The notes under the pieces are model-generated. The model did not search any database, was not told the origin of the DNA, and worked only from the letters and a program-made list of their open reading frames with translations. From NCBI GenBank assembly GCA_049423385.1, contig JBMSQQ010000087.1, forward strand, positions 1-14,088: 14,088 nucleotides of DNA, written 5' to 3'. The position numbers were made by a program, and so were the translations under genes. This document shows, piece by piece, positions 1 through 8,431 of the stretch (its first letter is position 1; every line of letters begins with the position of its first letter). This DNA comes from Silvanigrellaceae bacterium (GTDB lineage Bacteria > Bdellovibrionota_B > Oligoflexia > Silvanigrellales > Silvanigrellaceae).

Positions 1-2
1 TC

Positions 3-1289
3 TTTCTGCCTGATCCGAATATCCTATGGAGAGCCTATCTTGGTTTCGGCCGCAATCAGAATTTCTTCGAACTTCCCAAGGGAATGATTGTCCATTCCAC
101 GTTTCGCCGGGGCTTTTTTACCCGTGATGCAGATGGTTCGATAAATTCAAGTGAGGGTGTTGGAATATCGGATTTGTTTCTGGGTTATGTGGCACATGAT
201 TCAGTAGGGCGTCCCCTCTTGTCTGAACTCGTGAAAGTCAGAGAGTCGGCCGCGAGCAGAGGCGAAGGCTTTGAGCCTTATTATCAGAATGGAACCCAGG
301 ATCCGAAGAAGCTGTCATTTGCATATCCTGCTCAACAGGTTCTCGTTCTCAGAAATGTGGCAAGCAATCGCGGAGACAAGGCTCCTGGCTTCAAAGATGA
401 TGGGCAAGCAGATGTGCTTTTCCGCGAAGGAAGGCGTGGGCTTGCGCATGCCGTTGCATACAGTGCCGGCGAGCCAGGTCCTTTCCGAAGATTACCAGTA
501 TTTATTGGTTCCGAAGACCTTAACGACAATCGACTTAAGGTTGGCGTAAACTCCAGCGTGGATCTTCTTCCTGGTGCAACAGATTTGGCCGAGAAAGGAA
601 AAGCGAAAGGTCTGATTTCGTTTGGTGGGTGGAGTGAAAACGTTCCACTGTCAACACTGGCCATGCTGCCGAGCTGCAGTCAGGCAACGTTCTTTGTGAG
701 CAGTGGAAAGCCGGGGCTTGGGAACAGTTTTCAGGAAGATGCGATTCGTGCAGCTTTGCGAGGCTGGAACTTTTTTGTCAAAGTGTGGGACAAGATTTCT
801 GGTGCTCTGGGCAGGCCTGCACCCGAGTCGGAGTCTCTTGTTCAGAAACACTTTGCTGCTCTCAACGGGAATGTGACGTTTTCCAGGTCACTCGTGAGTC
901 AAAAGGTTTACTTTGATGCGCGTCTGGGAAGTGATGGCGGATGGCGACAGGGAGCTTCCCAGGAACGCCACTTTCTTGCTGGCGATATTGAGTTCGATAC
1001 ACCTTCTCTCGCAAAGGGTCTGAGTGAAGATACGTTGAAAGCTGTGAACGGACGAATTGTGAATGACCGTTTTGCATTGATGGTTGCATCTTATCAAAAG
1101 ACAATTGCAAACATGGCCTCGGGAAGTATGGCAAACCATGCAGTCAGAGCATCTCGAATCAATCCGTTTGGACCCAAAAGCGCATCTGCATCTGGAAGCG
1201 ATTTGAGCGCAGGAGAACACATTTATCGCTTGGGTTCCGTAGAGGCGATAAATCAAACTTTGGCAAAATATGCGAAAGGCGCGCCTTGA
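3..1289 (+). CDS. 5'-partial hypothetical protein, possibly a divergent patatin-like hydrolase
   Basis: The frame of the 84..1289 ORF stays open back to position 3 (FLPDPNILWRAYLGFGRNQNFFELPKG-M), so the gene probably starts outside the window. LAHAVAYSAGEPGPF and FGGWSENVPL resemble the patatin AxxAS-x-x-PGxF and DGG-x-x-N-x-P motifs (weak). Confidence refers to the CDS; the product call is about 0.3. Confidence 0.8.
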   Translation, partial: FLPDPNILWRAYLGFGRNQNFFELPKGMIVHSTFRRGFFTRDADGSINSSEGVGISDLFLGYVAHDSVGRPLLSELVKVRESAASRGEGFEPYYQNGTQDPKKLSFAYPAQQVLVLRNVASNRGDKAPGFKDDGQADVLFREGRRGLAHAVAYSAGEPGPFRRLPVFIGSEDLNDNRLKVGVNSSVDLLPGATDLAEKGKAKGLISFGGWSENVPLSTLAMLPSCSQATFFVSSGKPGLGNSFQEDAIRAALRGWNFFVKVWDKISGALGRPAPESESLVQKHFAALNGNVTFSRSLVSQKVYFDARLGSDGGWRQGASQERHFLAGDIEFDTPSLAKGLSEDTLKAVNGRIVNDRFALMVASYQKTIANMASGSMANHAVRASRINPFGPKSASASGSDLSAGEHIYRLGSVEAINQTLAKYAKGAP

Positions 1290-1290
1290 C

Positions 1291-1956
1291 ATGAAATTTA
1301 ACAATGCAAAGTTGATCGAATATGTGGCCCGAGTCGGACTTGTCATGTCTTCTGTGTTGTTTTGGAGTGTTGCAATGGCAACCGAAGAACCAAAAATTCA
1401 AGATGAACTTGTTTTCAAGGACTTCGTCATTCGCAGCTATGGTCCGTTGCTTGTCGCGCAAACCGAGGTTGATGAGTCTTTTGATGAGGCAGGAAGCAAA
1501 GCATTCAGAATTTTGGCTGACTACATTTTTGGCAACAACAACTCGCGAACCAAGATCGACATGACCGCGCCGGTTGTGCAACAGCAAAACAATTCCGAAA
1601 AGATTTCCATGACCGCGCCGGTGATTCAAGAGAAGAGCCGACGGGGATATTTCGTTCAATTCACGATGCCGTCCAAATACACACGACAAACAGTTCCAGA
1701 ACCAAGAGATGAAAGGGTGAGTCTCATTGAGGTTCCCGCGCGCAAAGTCGCGGTGTACAGTTACACAGGGTCTTGGTCACAGAACAGATTTGACCAGAAA
1801 GTTTCGGAGTTTAAGCAGGCGTTGGAGCGCGAACGAGTCCAACCGAGAGGCGAGCCTCTCTTCGCTCGATTCAATTCGCCATGGCAGTTGTGGTTTCTTC
1901 GACGCAACGAAATCTGGCTTGAGGTTTCATTGGATGGCGGAAAGGTCAAACAATGA
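1291..1956 (+). CDS. SOUL family heme-binding protein, secreted
   Basis: Motifs TEEP, IRSY, AFRILADYIFGNN, duplicated MTAPV (ATGACCGCGCCGGT at 1561 and 1609), FTMP, and PWQLWFLRRNEI. Signal peptide ends VAMA. ATG 1291 lies 1 nt after the upstream TGA. Confidence 0.93.
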   Translation: MKFNNAKLIEYVARVGLVMSSVLFWSVAMATEEPKIQDELVFKDFVIRSYGPLLVAQTEVDESFDEAGSKAFRILADYIFGNNNSRTKIDMTAPVVQQQNNSEKISMTAPVIQEKSRRGYFVQFTMPSKYTRQTVPEPRDERVSLIEVPARKVAVYSYTGSWSQNRFDQKVSEFKQALERERVQPRGEPLFARFNSPWQLWFLRRNEIWLEVSLDGGKVKQ

Positions 1957-2023
1957 TTCGAGGCTCTCTGATCGTATAAACAATATTCGTCGTACCAAAT
2001 GAATTGACTTAAAGGCTAGAAGC

Positions 2024-3763
2024 TTACTCAGCTACAGCGCCGCCTTCTCCGCGCGGATCGGGGACGCCCACAATGCGTCCCGAAGCAAATCGTTCGAGTG
2101 AATGAACGACTCCCAATCCACCGCCCGATTCAATTGCGTAGCCCATCGTTGTCAGTTTTTCTTTGGCTTCATTTGATAGTCCGTTGTTTTCAACTCGAAC
2201 GATAAGCGGTTTCCACTGATGGTGAATTCGTGGCGCGGCAACCGCATCGACCAACGGCATGTCGAATTGCAGCCGATTGACGAGTGTTTGAAACACGGAA
2301 GTAATTATTTTTGGTCCCCCAGCGGCTCCCAAGACAATCCGGTTGTTTCCGTCCATGTCTCGAACGATCGTCGGGCTCATGGAGCTGAGCGGGCGCTTTC
2401 CGGGAGTGATGGCGTTCGCTTCTGCACCCACAAGGCCAAACAGATTTGGGACTCCGGGCTGAGCGCTGAAGTCATCCATTTGATTGTTCATCACCACACC
2501 CGTGCCAGAAGGCACGAATCCCGAACCAAAATAGTCATTGACAGTCAGCGTGACTGCGACTGCGTTGCCGCTCGCATCCATTGCCGAAAAGTGAGTTGTA
2601 TGTGTGGGCTCTGGTGCAGCCGAGCCTGATGAGACGTTCAAATTCGCTTTGGTTGAATCGAAGCTTTTCCAGCGATCATTCAGATAGTTCGTTGCCAACA
2701 GTTGATTCACCGGAACAGGATGGAAGTCCGGATCTCCCATGTGCTGTGCGCGGTCAGCGAATGCGAGTGTCATGGCATGAATTTGGGCATGAATGGATGC
2801 CACGGAGCCGAATCCGGCTTTCATCTGCCCAGAGCTATCGGCGCGTTCCATAAAGGCCAGCATCTGCAAAAGTACTGTGCCTCCCGACGATGGCGGTGGC
2901 ATGGTCACCACTTCATAACCTTTGTAGAAACCACGAACGGGAATACGCTCTTTGGGTGTGTACGTTTCGAAGTCTTGTTGTGTCAGAATGCCTTTTTCTT
3001 TGCGTATTTCCGAAACCATTTTTTGAGCCCATGCGCCTTTGTAGAAACCTGAAGCACCATGGTCCGAGATCGCCTGCATCACTCTTGCAAGATCGGCTTG
3101 CTTCAACAATTCGCCGCTGCGGCAAGGGCCCTCGACCGCATGTCCGCAACCGAAAATTTTTTTTGCTGCTTCATTCATATCGTTCCAGCGGCGATTTGCG
3201 GCCGTTTCAGTATGCGTGCTGACTGTGATTCCATTTTTGGCCCAGCGGATTGGGTTCGCCAGCAATTCTTTGCGATTTCTGGTTCCGAATTTTTCAAGCG
3301 CGTAAAGCAAACCGGCCGTGACACCTGGTACGCCCGAGGCCAATGCACCGTTTCGTGAAAGGTTGGAGATAGCTTTGCCCTCTTTGAGATACATATCTCT
3401 GGTCGCGGCAGATGGCGCCATCTCTCGAAAATCCACAACGCGGCACGAACCATTGCGATTTGACTTGGGCGAGGGGCAAAATACGAGAAATCCACCACCC
3501 CCCAAAGATGCAAAGTGTGGCCTTGTCACTGCCATTCCAAACGCAGTGGCAACGGCGGCGTCGATTGCGTTTCCGCCTTTTCTCAAGACCTGCGCTCCCA
3601 ATTCTGCCGACTGCTCATCGTCGGCGACGATCATCCCCTTTCGACCCGTGCGTGAAAATCTGATGCTTTCAGATTCATCCAGTGGCTTGGGATTTGGCGC
3701 AGGCGAAAATGCTGACCCAAAAGAAAACAATAAAACAAAAACTGTGAGTTTCAGCGCGTTCAT
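2024..3763 (-). CDS. ggt: gamma-glutamyltransferase (glutathione hydrolase proenzyme)
   Basis: GGNAIDAAVA, GGGGF, DFREMAP, PPPSSGG, autocleavage site HTTHFS, NNQMDDF, PGKRPLSSMSP, GAAGG. Signal peptide from ATG 3763, with GGGAAG upstream. Confidence 0.97.
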   Translation of the reverse strand: MNALKLTVFVLLFSFGSAFSPAPNPKPLDESESIRFSRTGRKGMIVADDEQSAELGAQVLRKGGNAIDAAVATAFGMAVTRPHFASLGGGGFLVFCPSPKSNRNGSCRVVDFREMAPSAATRDMYLKEGKAISNLSRNGALASGVPGVTAGLLYALEKFGTRNRKELLANPIRWAKNGITVSTHTETAANRRWNDMNEAAKKIFGCGHAVEGPCRSGELLKQADLARVMQAISDHGASGFYKGAWAQKMVSEIRKEKGILTQQDFETYTPKERIPVRGFYKGYEVVTMPPPSSGGTVLLQMLAFMERADSSGQMKAGFGSVASIHAQIHAMTLAFADRAQHMGDPDFHPVPVNQLLATNYLNDRWKSFDSTKANLNVSSGSAAPEPTHTTHFSAMDASGNAVAVTLTVNDYFGSGFVPSGTGVVMNNQMDDFSAQPGVPNLFGLVGAEANAITPGKRPLSSMSPTIVRDMDGNNRIVLGAAGGPKIITSVFQTLVNRLQFDMPLVDAVAAPRIHHQWKPLIVRVENNGLSNEAKEKLTTMGYAIESGGGLGVVHSLERFASGRIVGVPDPRGEGGAVAE

Positions 3764-3801
3764 GAATTCTTCCCAGCACATATATAATTAGAAGACCACG
3801 A

Positions 3802-4845
3802 TCAAAAACTATGGTGGGTCGTTCGAACCGTCTGACCAACTTGATCTGAACGCATGATGTAAGAGGTTGTGACCATCCCTGTTCCGTTCGAAACATCTAC
3901 TCCCGCGATGTACGGACCACCTGTAATACCGCACAACGCGACAAAGACGTTTTTCGCCGAAACGAGCTCGTCCCGATCAAAAACAGCATCCGGATTCAAA
4001 ATTCCAGCTGCCATCATGCGCTCACGATTGCTTTGAGCACATGAACCGATGAGGCCAGATTGAACTTCAGCAGGTTCATAAACAAACCTTCCCTGAAAAT
4101 GTCCACCGAGGCAGCGGATTGCAGCCGCCGTAATCACTCCTTCGGGAGCTGCGCCAATTCCCATCAACGCGTCGTACGCGCCGCCCCCTTGAGCAGCCTC
4201 AAGGCCTATGGTCACATCTCCCTCGCCAAACAAATGAACATTGGCCCCTGCGTCTCGCAGCTCCGAAACCAAGCCTTGATGGCGAGGACGATCCTGGACG
4301 GCAATGCGCAATTGACTCACTGGCTTGTCCAATGCTGTGGACAGCGCAAGGACCCTCGCCCGCGGAGTCTGAGACAAAGAAACAGCACCGCGCGCAGCCG
4401 CAGGACAGGACAACTTTTCCATGTAAAAGTCGGGCGCACCAACAATTCCACCGGCATCGGCAAGCACCGCAACTGTGATGGCTCCCGGCAGGCCATTTTT
4501 GAGCAATGAAGTTCCATCAAGAGGATCAACGGCACAATCAAGAATCAGATCGGCCTCGAGTTCTTCACCAATGCCTGTGAAAGTGCCGGAAGCTCCAAGG
4601 CGCTCTCCCCGTGCCAGCATGGGCGCAGAATCACGCTCGCCTTCTCCAATGACGACGTGTACGCCAAACGGAGCTCTCGAAAACACGCTGCGCATCGCGG
4701 CAGTCGCAGCCTCGTCTGCTGCATGACTGTCACCCTTTCCAGCCCAAGCGTAGGCTGCGATGGCAGCCTGCTCTACGGCAGCGGAAAGGACTTCAAGAAT
4801 GCCCGCTGCCCGTTCCCCGTTTTGTGGTTGAGAAAAGTTCGTCAT
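3802..4845 (-). CDS. glpX: class II fructose-1,6-bisphosphatase (GlpX), cyanobacterial FBP/SBPase-like
   Basis: VIGEGERDSAPML, AVDPLDGT, YMEKL, DRPRH, GDV, GIGAAPEGV, GITGG. ATG 4845 has a GGAG RBS at 4851-4854. Confidence 0.95.
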   Translation of the reverse strand: MTNFSQPQNGERAAGILEVLSAAVEQAAIAAYAWAGKGDSHAADEAATAAMRSVFSRAPFGVHVVIGEGERDSAPMLARGERLGASGTFTGIGEELEADLILDCAVDPLDGTSLLKNGLPGAITVAVLADAGGIVGAPDFYMEKLSCPAAARGAVSLSQTPRARVLALSTALDKPVSQLRIAVQDRPRHQGLVSELRDAGANVHLFGEGDVTIGLEAAQGGGAYDALMGIGAAPEGVITAAAIRCLGGHFQGRFVYEPAEVQSGLIGSCAQSNRERMMAAGILNPDAVFDRDELVSAKNVFVALCGITGGPYIAGVDVSNGTGMVTTSYIMRSDQVGQTVRTTHHSF

Positions 4846-5105
4846 GTTTACTCCGTTGGTCTTTTGCCAATACATCGCCGACCCTGGAAAATCTCGTCAA
4901 CTCAGATACTCGTTTCTAAGCACGCCAACGAACAAAAAGGCAACCTGCAATGACTTTGCTCTGCCTTGGATTACAAAATAAACAATAATGTCCGCCCCTT
5001 GCTTGGTGATTTCGGATGTCTTCAAAGAAGTGTGCAGTTTTTTTAAACAATAATAAATATGATCAGTAAATAAATCATATGATTACAGTGATTTAGATAT
5101 TTATC

Positions 5106-5132
5106 TTAATATGCAAAAAAAATAGCCGATAA
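5106..5132 (+). promoter_or_regulatory. putative sigma-28 (FliA) promoter of the serine hydrolase/esterase genes
   Basis: Perfect -10 GCCGATAA at 5125-5132, with an imperfect -35 (TTAA 5106-5109, 15-nt spacer). GGGAGG RBS precedes ATG 5161. Confidence 0.5.
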
Positions 5133-5160
5133 AGAACCAAGTCAGGGTGGGAGGTCTCTC

Positions 5161-6369
5161 ATGAAAAAAACTCTTCAGACACTTGGTTTGATAGTCCTTT
5201 TTACGTCCAACGTACACTGCAGCACGCTCAAAGGAAATGCATCACGAGAGAACCCTTCAGGTGTGGGGCAGGGGAATGTCAGGGTGGCACGGCTTGCTGA
5301 AATTCTATCGAAGGTCAGAAATGTTGCCCCAAATCTGGTGGATGCAACAGGAAGCACGCAAGATCGCACGCCCGGTTTGATTGTTGGAATTGTGACTGAT
5401 GAGGGAAAAGAGGTTGTTGGTTTTGGCAGCACAAATATCACGAACGTTAATCCTCCCAATGGCGACACTCACTTTGGAATAGGCTCTGTCACCAAAGTTT
5501 TCACAGGCGTGATTCTTGCCGATGCTGTGCAGCGAGGTTTACTTGGGCTGGATGACAGCGCAAACAAATACCTCCCCGCTGACCTCAAACTCTCGAGTGA
5601 AGCAATCACATTGCGCCACCTTGTGACCCACACATCGGGTCTTCCAGACTTCCCGGAAAATCTTCGCGACTATCGGGATCTGGATCATGATGGGCTGAAT
5701 GATTCAAACCAATACAGTCCAGGACGAAACTATTCGAGACAAAATCTTGCCGACTGGTTGGCAACCAAACCAGGCCTGAAATTTGATCCTGGGAACGGGA
5801 ACCTCTACTCGAATCTTGGATTTGGTTTGCTTGGCTGGGCTTTACAAGCGAAAATGAATCAACCAGATTTTGAAGCATTGAATCGCGAACGAATTGCGAA
5901 AATAATGCAAATGAATTCGACACGAACGAATACAAGCGAAATGCGGAACGCTGCGCAAAAAAATTATGCGCAGGGGTATTTTCCTGAAAATGGGTCTTTT
6001 GTTCCTGTGCCCTTTTCGGACATGGGTGTTCTGGAAAGTTCAGGCGAATTGGTCAGCACAACGAATGACATGCTTGTCTTTCTTGAAGGTCTGACCGGCA
6101 TTTCCAACAGTCCCTTGAAGTCTGCCTTTGTTGAGGCGAATCGCTCGCTGGCAAGTACGGGAAAGGACGAAATGGCCTACGGCAGCAAAATCACAAAGTC
6201 ATCCAAGGGCGGCGTTTATTACTCAAAGACGGGAGCAACAGCTGGCAACTCGGCAATCATTGTCTGGCGAACAGATCCCAGGATTGGTATCATACTGATC
6301 TGCAATCGAGGGAAATTCAATCAGGTCAATGAGCTTGCAATGAGGTTGATTGAGGCCGCAGTCCGCTGA
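5161..6369 (+). CDS. serine hydrolase, beta-lactamase class C/AmpC-like family, exported (possible lipoprotein)
   Basis: SxxK motif (FGIGSVTK), LVTHTSGL, YSN and KTG (SKTGATAG). N-terminal signal with a Cys (SNVHC). Strong RBS. Confidence 0.92.
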   Translation: MKKTLQTLGLIVLFTSNVHCSTLKGNASRENPSGVGQGNVRVARLAEILSKVRNVAPNLVDATGSTQDRTPGLIVGIVTDEGKEVVGFGSTNITNVNPPNGDTHFGIGSVTKVFTGVILADAVQRGLLGLDDSANKYLPADLKLSSEAITLRHLVTHTSGLPDFPENLRDYRDLDHDGLNDSNQYSPGRNYSRQNLADWLATKPGLKFDPGNGNLYSNLGFGLLGWALQAKMNQPDFEALNRERIAKIMQMNSTRTNTSEMRNAAQKNYAQGYFPENGSFVPVPFSDMGVLESSGELVSTTNDMLVFLEGLTGISNSPLKSAFVEANRSLASTGKDEMAYGSKITKSSKGGVYYSKTGATAGNSAIIVWRTDPRIGIILICNRGKFNQVNELAMRLIEAAVR

Positions 6370-6415
6370 AGACTGCAGCCGGCTTGGCAGCTTTTGAAAA
6401 TACAGGAATCCGAAT

Positions 6416-7483
6416 ATGAAGCTTGCGTGCCATTACTTGTCGCTGGTGATGTTTGTTCTGGCCTGTCAAAGCAGAAGTCAAAAGGGTGTCTCAGTTGCAG
6501 ATGGAGACAACAAAGAGAGTTATGGTTCTGCAGCGCCTGGGCAATCTGGCGTCGGCAATCTTCGAGAAAATTCAAAGGAGCAAGCAGGATCCTTGTACCC
6601 GTTTCTGCAATGCACAGATTGCTTGACGTCGAAACTTGCGTACCGATTCTCCAATTCCAGTCGAACTTTTAACCTTTATATTCCAAAGTCAGCGCCTTCA
6701 AAACTCGTGATGGTCCTTCACGGCAATGGTGGCAGCGCAGATCAGATCACTGGAGGTGGATTTGTTCCCTCTCCATTGAGGGTTTGGCTTGAACTCGCCA
6801 GACGCGACAATTTTCTTCTCGTGGTTCCCGAAGGAATGCCTGGAACCAATGGAAAGCTCGGTTGGAACGACTGCCGGGCGGATGCTGTTGAAAATCCCGT
6901 CGCAGATGACGTTGGATTTTTGTCTGCTTTGGCTAATGATCTGAAAAATAAATTCGGAGTCACGAAGCGCTTTGTGACCGGGATGTCCAATGGCGGTCAC
7001 ATGTCAATTCGACTGGCTCTCGAGGCGCCTGAAGTTTTTGCTGGTGCGGGTGTTGTATCAGCAGCAGTTGCGAAGAACAGTCAATGTGTCGCAAAGAACA
7101 AGCCCATTTCGCTTTTGTTGATGAGAGGTACCGCTGATCCGATCTCGCCATTTTTGGGTGGTGCCATGGCTGGAAGCAGAGGCATGGTGCTCTCCATGGA
7201 TGACACACTCAAAGTTTTCCTGGATTTGAACAAGATTGTTGGCGATAAATCGACGATCGCAATTCCAGACATCGATTCGAATGACAAGTCGACCGTGGCC
7301 GCTTACCAGTTTCCTGACGGAATTTCGGGAACCAAGGTTGAGGGTTGGGTTGTGAACGGCGGTGGGCACGTGGAACCCAGCAAGTCACAGGTTTATGGAG
7401 CGCTGTACAAGTCGATTGTTGGGGAGCAGAATCGAGATATCGAATGCGCAGAAGTTGTCTGGAAATTTTTCAGCAAGCTTTGA
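6416..7483 (+). CDS. alpha/beta-hydrolase esterase, LpqC / PHB depolymerase-like lipoprotein
   Basis: Lipobox VLAC, oxyanion motif LHGNGG, WN-x-C, DDVGF, nucleophile elbow GMSNGG, GTADP (Asp) and GGGH (His). AGGA RBS at 6404-6407. Confidence 0.88.
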   Translation: MKLACHYLSLVMFVLACQSRSQKGVSVADGDNKESYGSAAPGQSGVGNLRENSKEQAGSLYPFLQCTDCLTSKLAYRFSNSSRTFNLYIPKSAPSKLVMVLHGNGGSADQITGGGFVPSPLRVWLELARRDNFLLVVPEGMPGTNGKLGWNDCRADAVENPVADDVGFLSALANDLKNKFGVTKRFVTGMSNGGHMSIRLALEAPEVFAGAGVVSAAVAKNSQCVAKNKPISLLLMRGTADPISPFLGGAMAGSRGMVLSMDDTLKVFLDLNKIVGDKSTIAIPDIDSNDKSTVAAYQFPDGISGTKVEGWVVNGGGHVEPSKSQVYGALYKSIVGEQNRDIECAEVVWKFFSKL

Positions 7484-7513
7484 TTTCAAAAAGGCCCGTT
7501 CTCATTCCACTCA

Positions 7514-8176
7514 TCAATTCTCCGTCCGCGCAACAAGAGACTCTTTTCCATGCAATGTAGGGGAGCCGTGCGTCCGGACCTTCTTTCCATGCACGACAAC
7601 TATGTCGCCATCGTTCATTGCGTAAATTTGTATGCTTTTTTCTTTCGCGAATTTCCCGATCAAATCCTGTCGAGGAAAATGCTCGTTGGCGTGTGGAATG
7701 ATCTCGAAATCGAAAATTCCTAGTCCAAAAAATTCACCCCGCTCGCGGTACAAAGATGCTGTCCTGAACGTTTTACTCAAAATCATCGCGCCGGCACTCA
7801 CGCCAAGAACCACGCCTCCGCGATTCAGAAATGACTTCAGAAGTTCATCGCAGCCCGTCATGCGAAGACGATTTGCGAAAGGAATAACCTCGCCGCCGGA
7901 AAGATGAATGACGTCCGAATCATCAAAAGCCAAAGCGCTTTCCTTCAAGGAGTGCTCTTCGGGTTCAAAGAGGTTCACATTTGCGAAGCCCAATTTTGAA
8001 TAATATGATTTCTTTTCTTCAAAAACCTTGATTCGCGAATTGAGGGTAGAGGGCAAATACAAAATTTTCGGATTCTTTTTTCCCGAGAGTGAACGCAGGA
8101 GTTCTGAGTCTCGATATCCTGTCTGAGACACAGATTGGTCGCTGTGAAGGATAAGTTTTGGAACAGCAATTGACAC
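7514..8176 (-). CDS. peptidase E / S51 family (class I glutamine amidotransferase-like)
   Basis: ILYLPS, DVIHLSGG, nucleophile motif GVSAGA, GLG and IIPH. A GTG start at 8176 preceded by AGGAGA (8181-8186) is preferred over the ORF-track start at 8251. Confidence 0.88.
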   Translation of the reverse strand: MSIAVPKLILHSDQSVSQTGYRDSELLRSLSGKKNPKILYLPSTLNSRIKVFEEKKSYYSKLGFANVNLFEPEEHSLKESALAFDDSDVIHLSGGEVIPFANRLRMTGCDELLKSFLNRGGVVLGVSAGAMILSKTFRTASLYRERGEFFGLGIFDFEIIPHANEHFPRQDLIGKFAKEKSIQIYAMNDGDIVVVHGKKVRTHGSPTLHGKESLVARTEN

Positions 8177-8340
8177 GAAGTCTCCTAGGACCAGAATGGG
8201 CGATGCTTGGTGAGTCGTGTGATGGTAAATCAAGAAGCAAGCTTTATTCAACAGAGTCAGGCCTTACACGGATGCTGATTCACAACAGGTGGTCTCTTTC
8301 GTGTCCCTGCCTTGGCTCGAGCCGGTCACCAACGTGACAA

Positions 8341-8365
8341 GGACCTCAAGTTTGCCTTGAGGTCC
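8341..8365. repeat. perfect 10-bp inverted repeat (hairpin)
   Basis: GGACCTCAAG-TTTGC-CTTGAGGTCC between the fasciclin stop and the peptidase E start. No poly-U tail. Confidence 0.75.
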
Positions 8366-8431
8366 CGAGTGTCTGGCGTTCACGAATTCTCAATGAGTGA
8401 GTCACGAGAATTTATTTGTGAACTTGACTCA

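Noticed and set aside
84..86. ATG 84 as the true start of the first gene
   Set aside because: The frame is open to position 3, so an upstream start outside the window is at least as likely.
1561..1622. 14-bp direct repeat ATGACCGCGCCGGT as a mobile-element footprint
   Set aside because: It encodes the duplicated MTAPV motif that is common in bacterial SOUL proteins.
8281..8365. c-di-GMP-I riboswitch (GGCAAAC and GAAA on the minus strand)
   Set aside because: GCAAA forms the loop of a perfect hairpin, and the GGCAAAC-stem-GAAA-stem-GACGCAAA order of the aptamer is not present.
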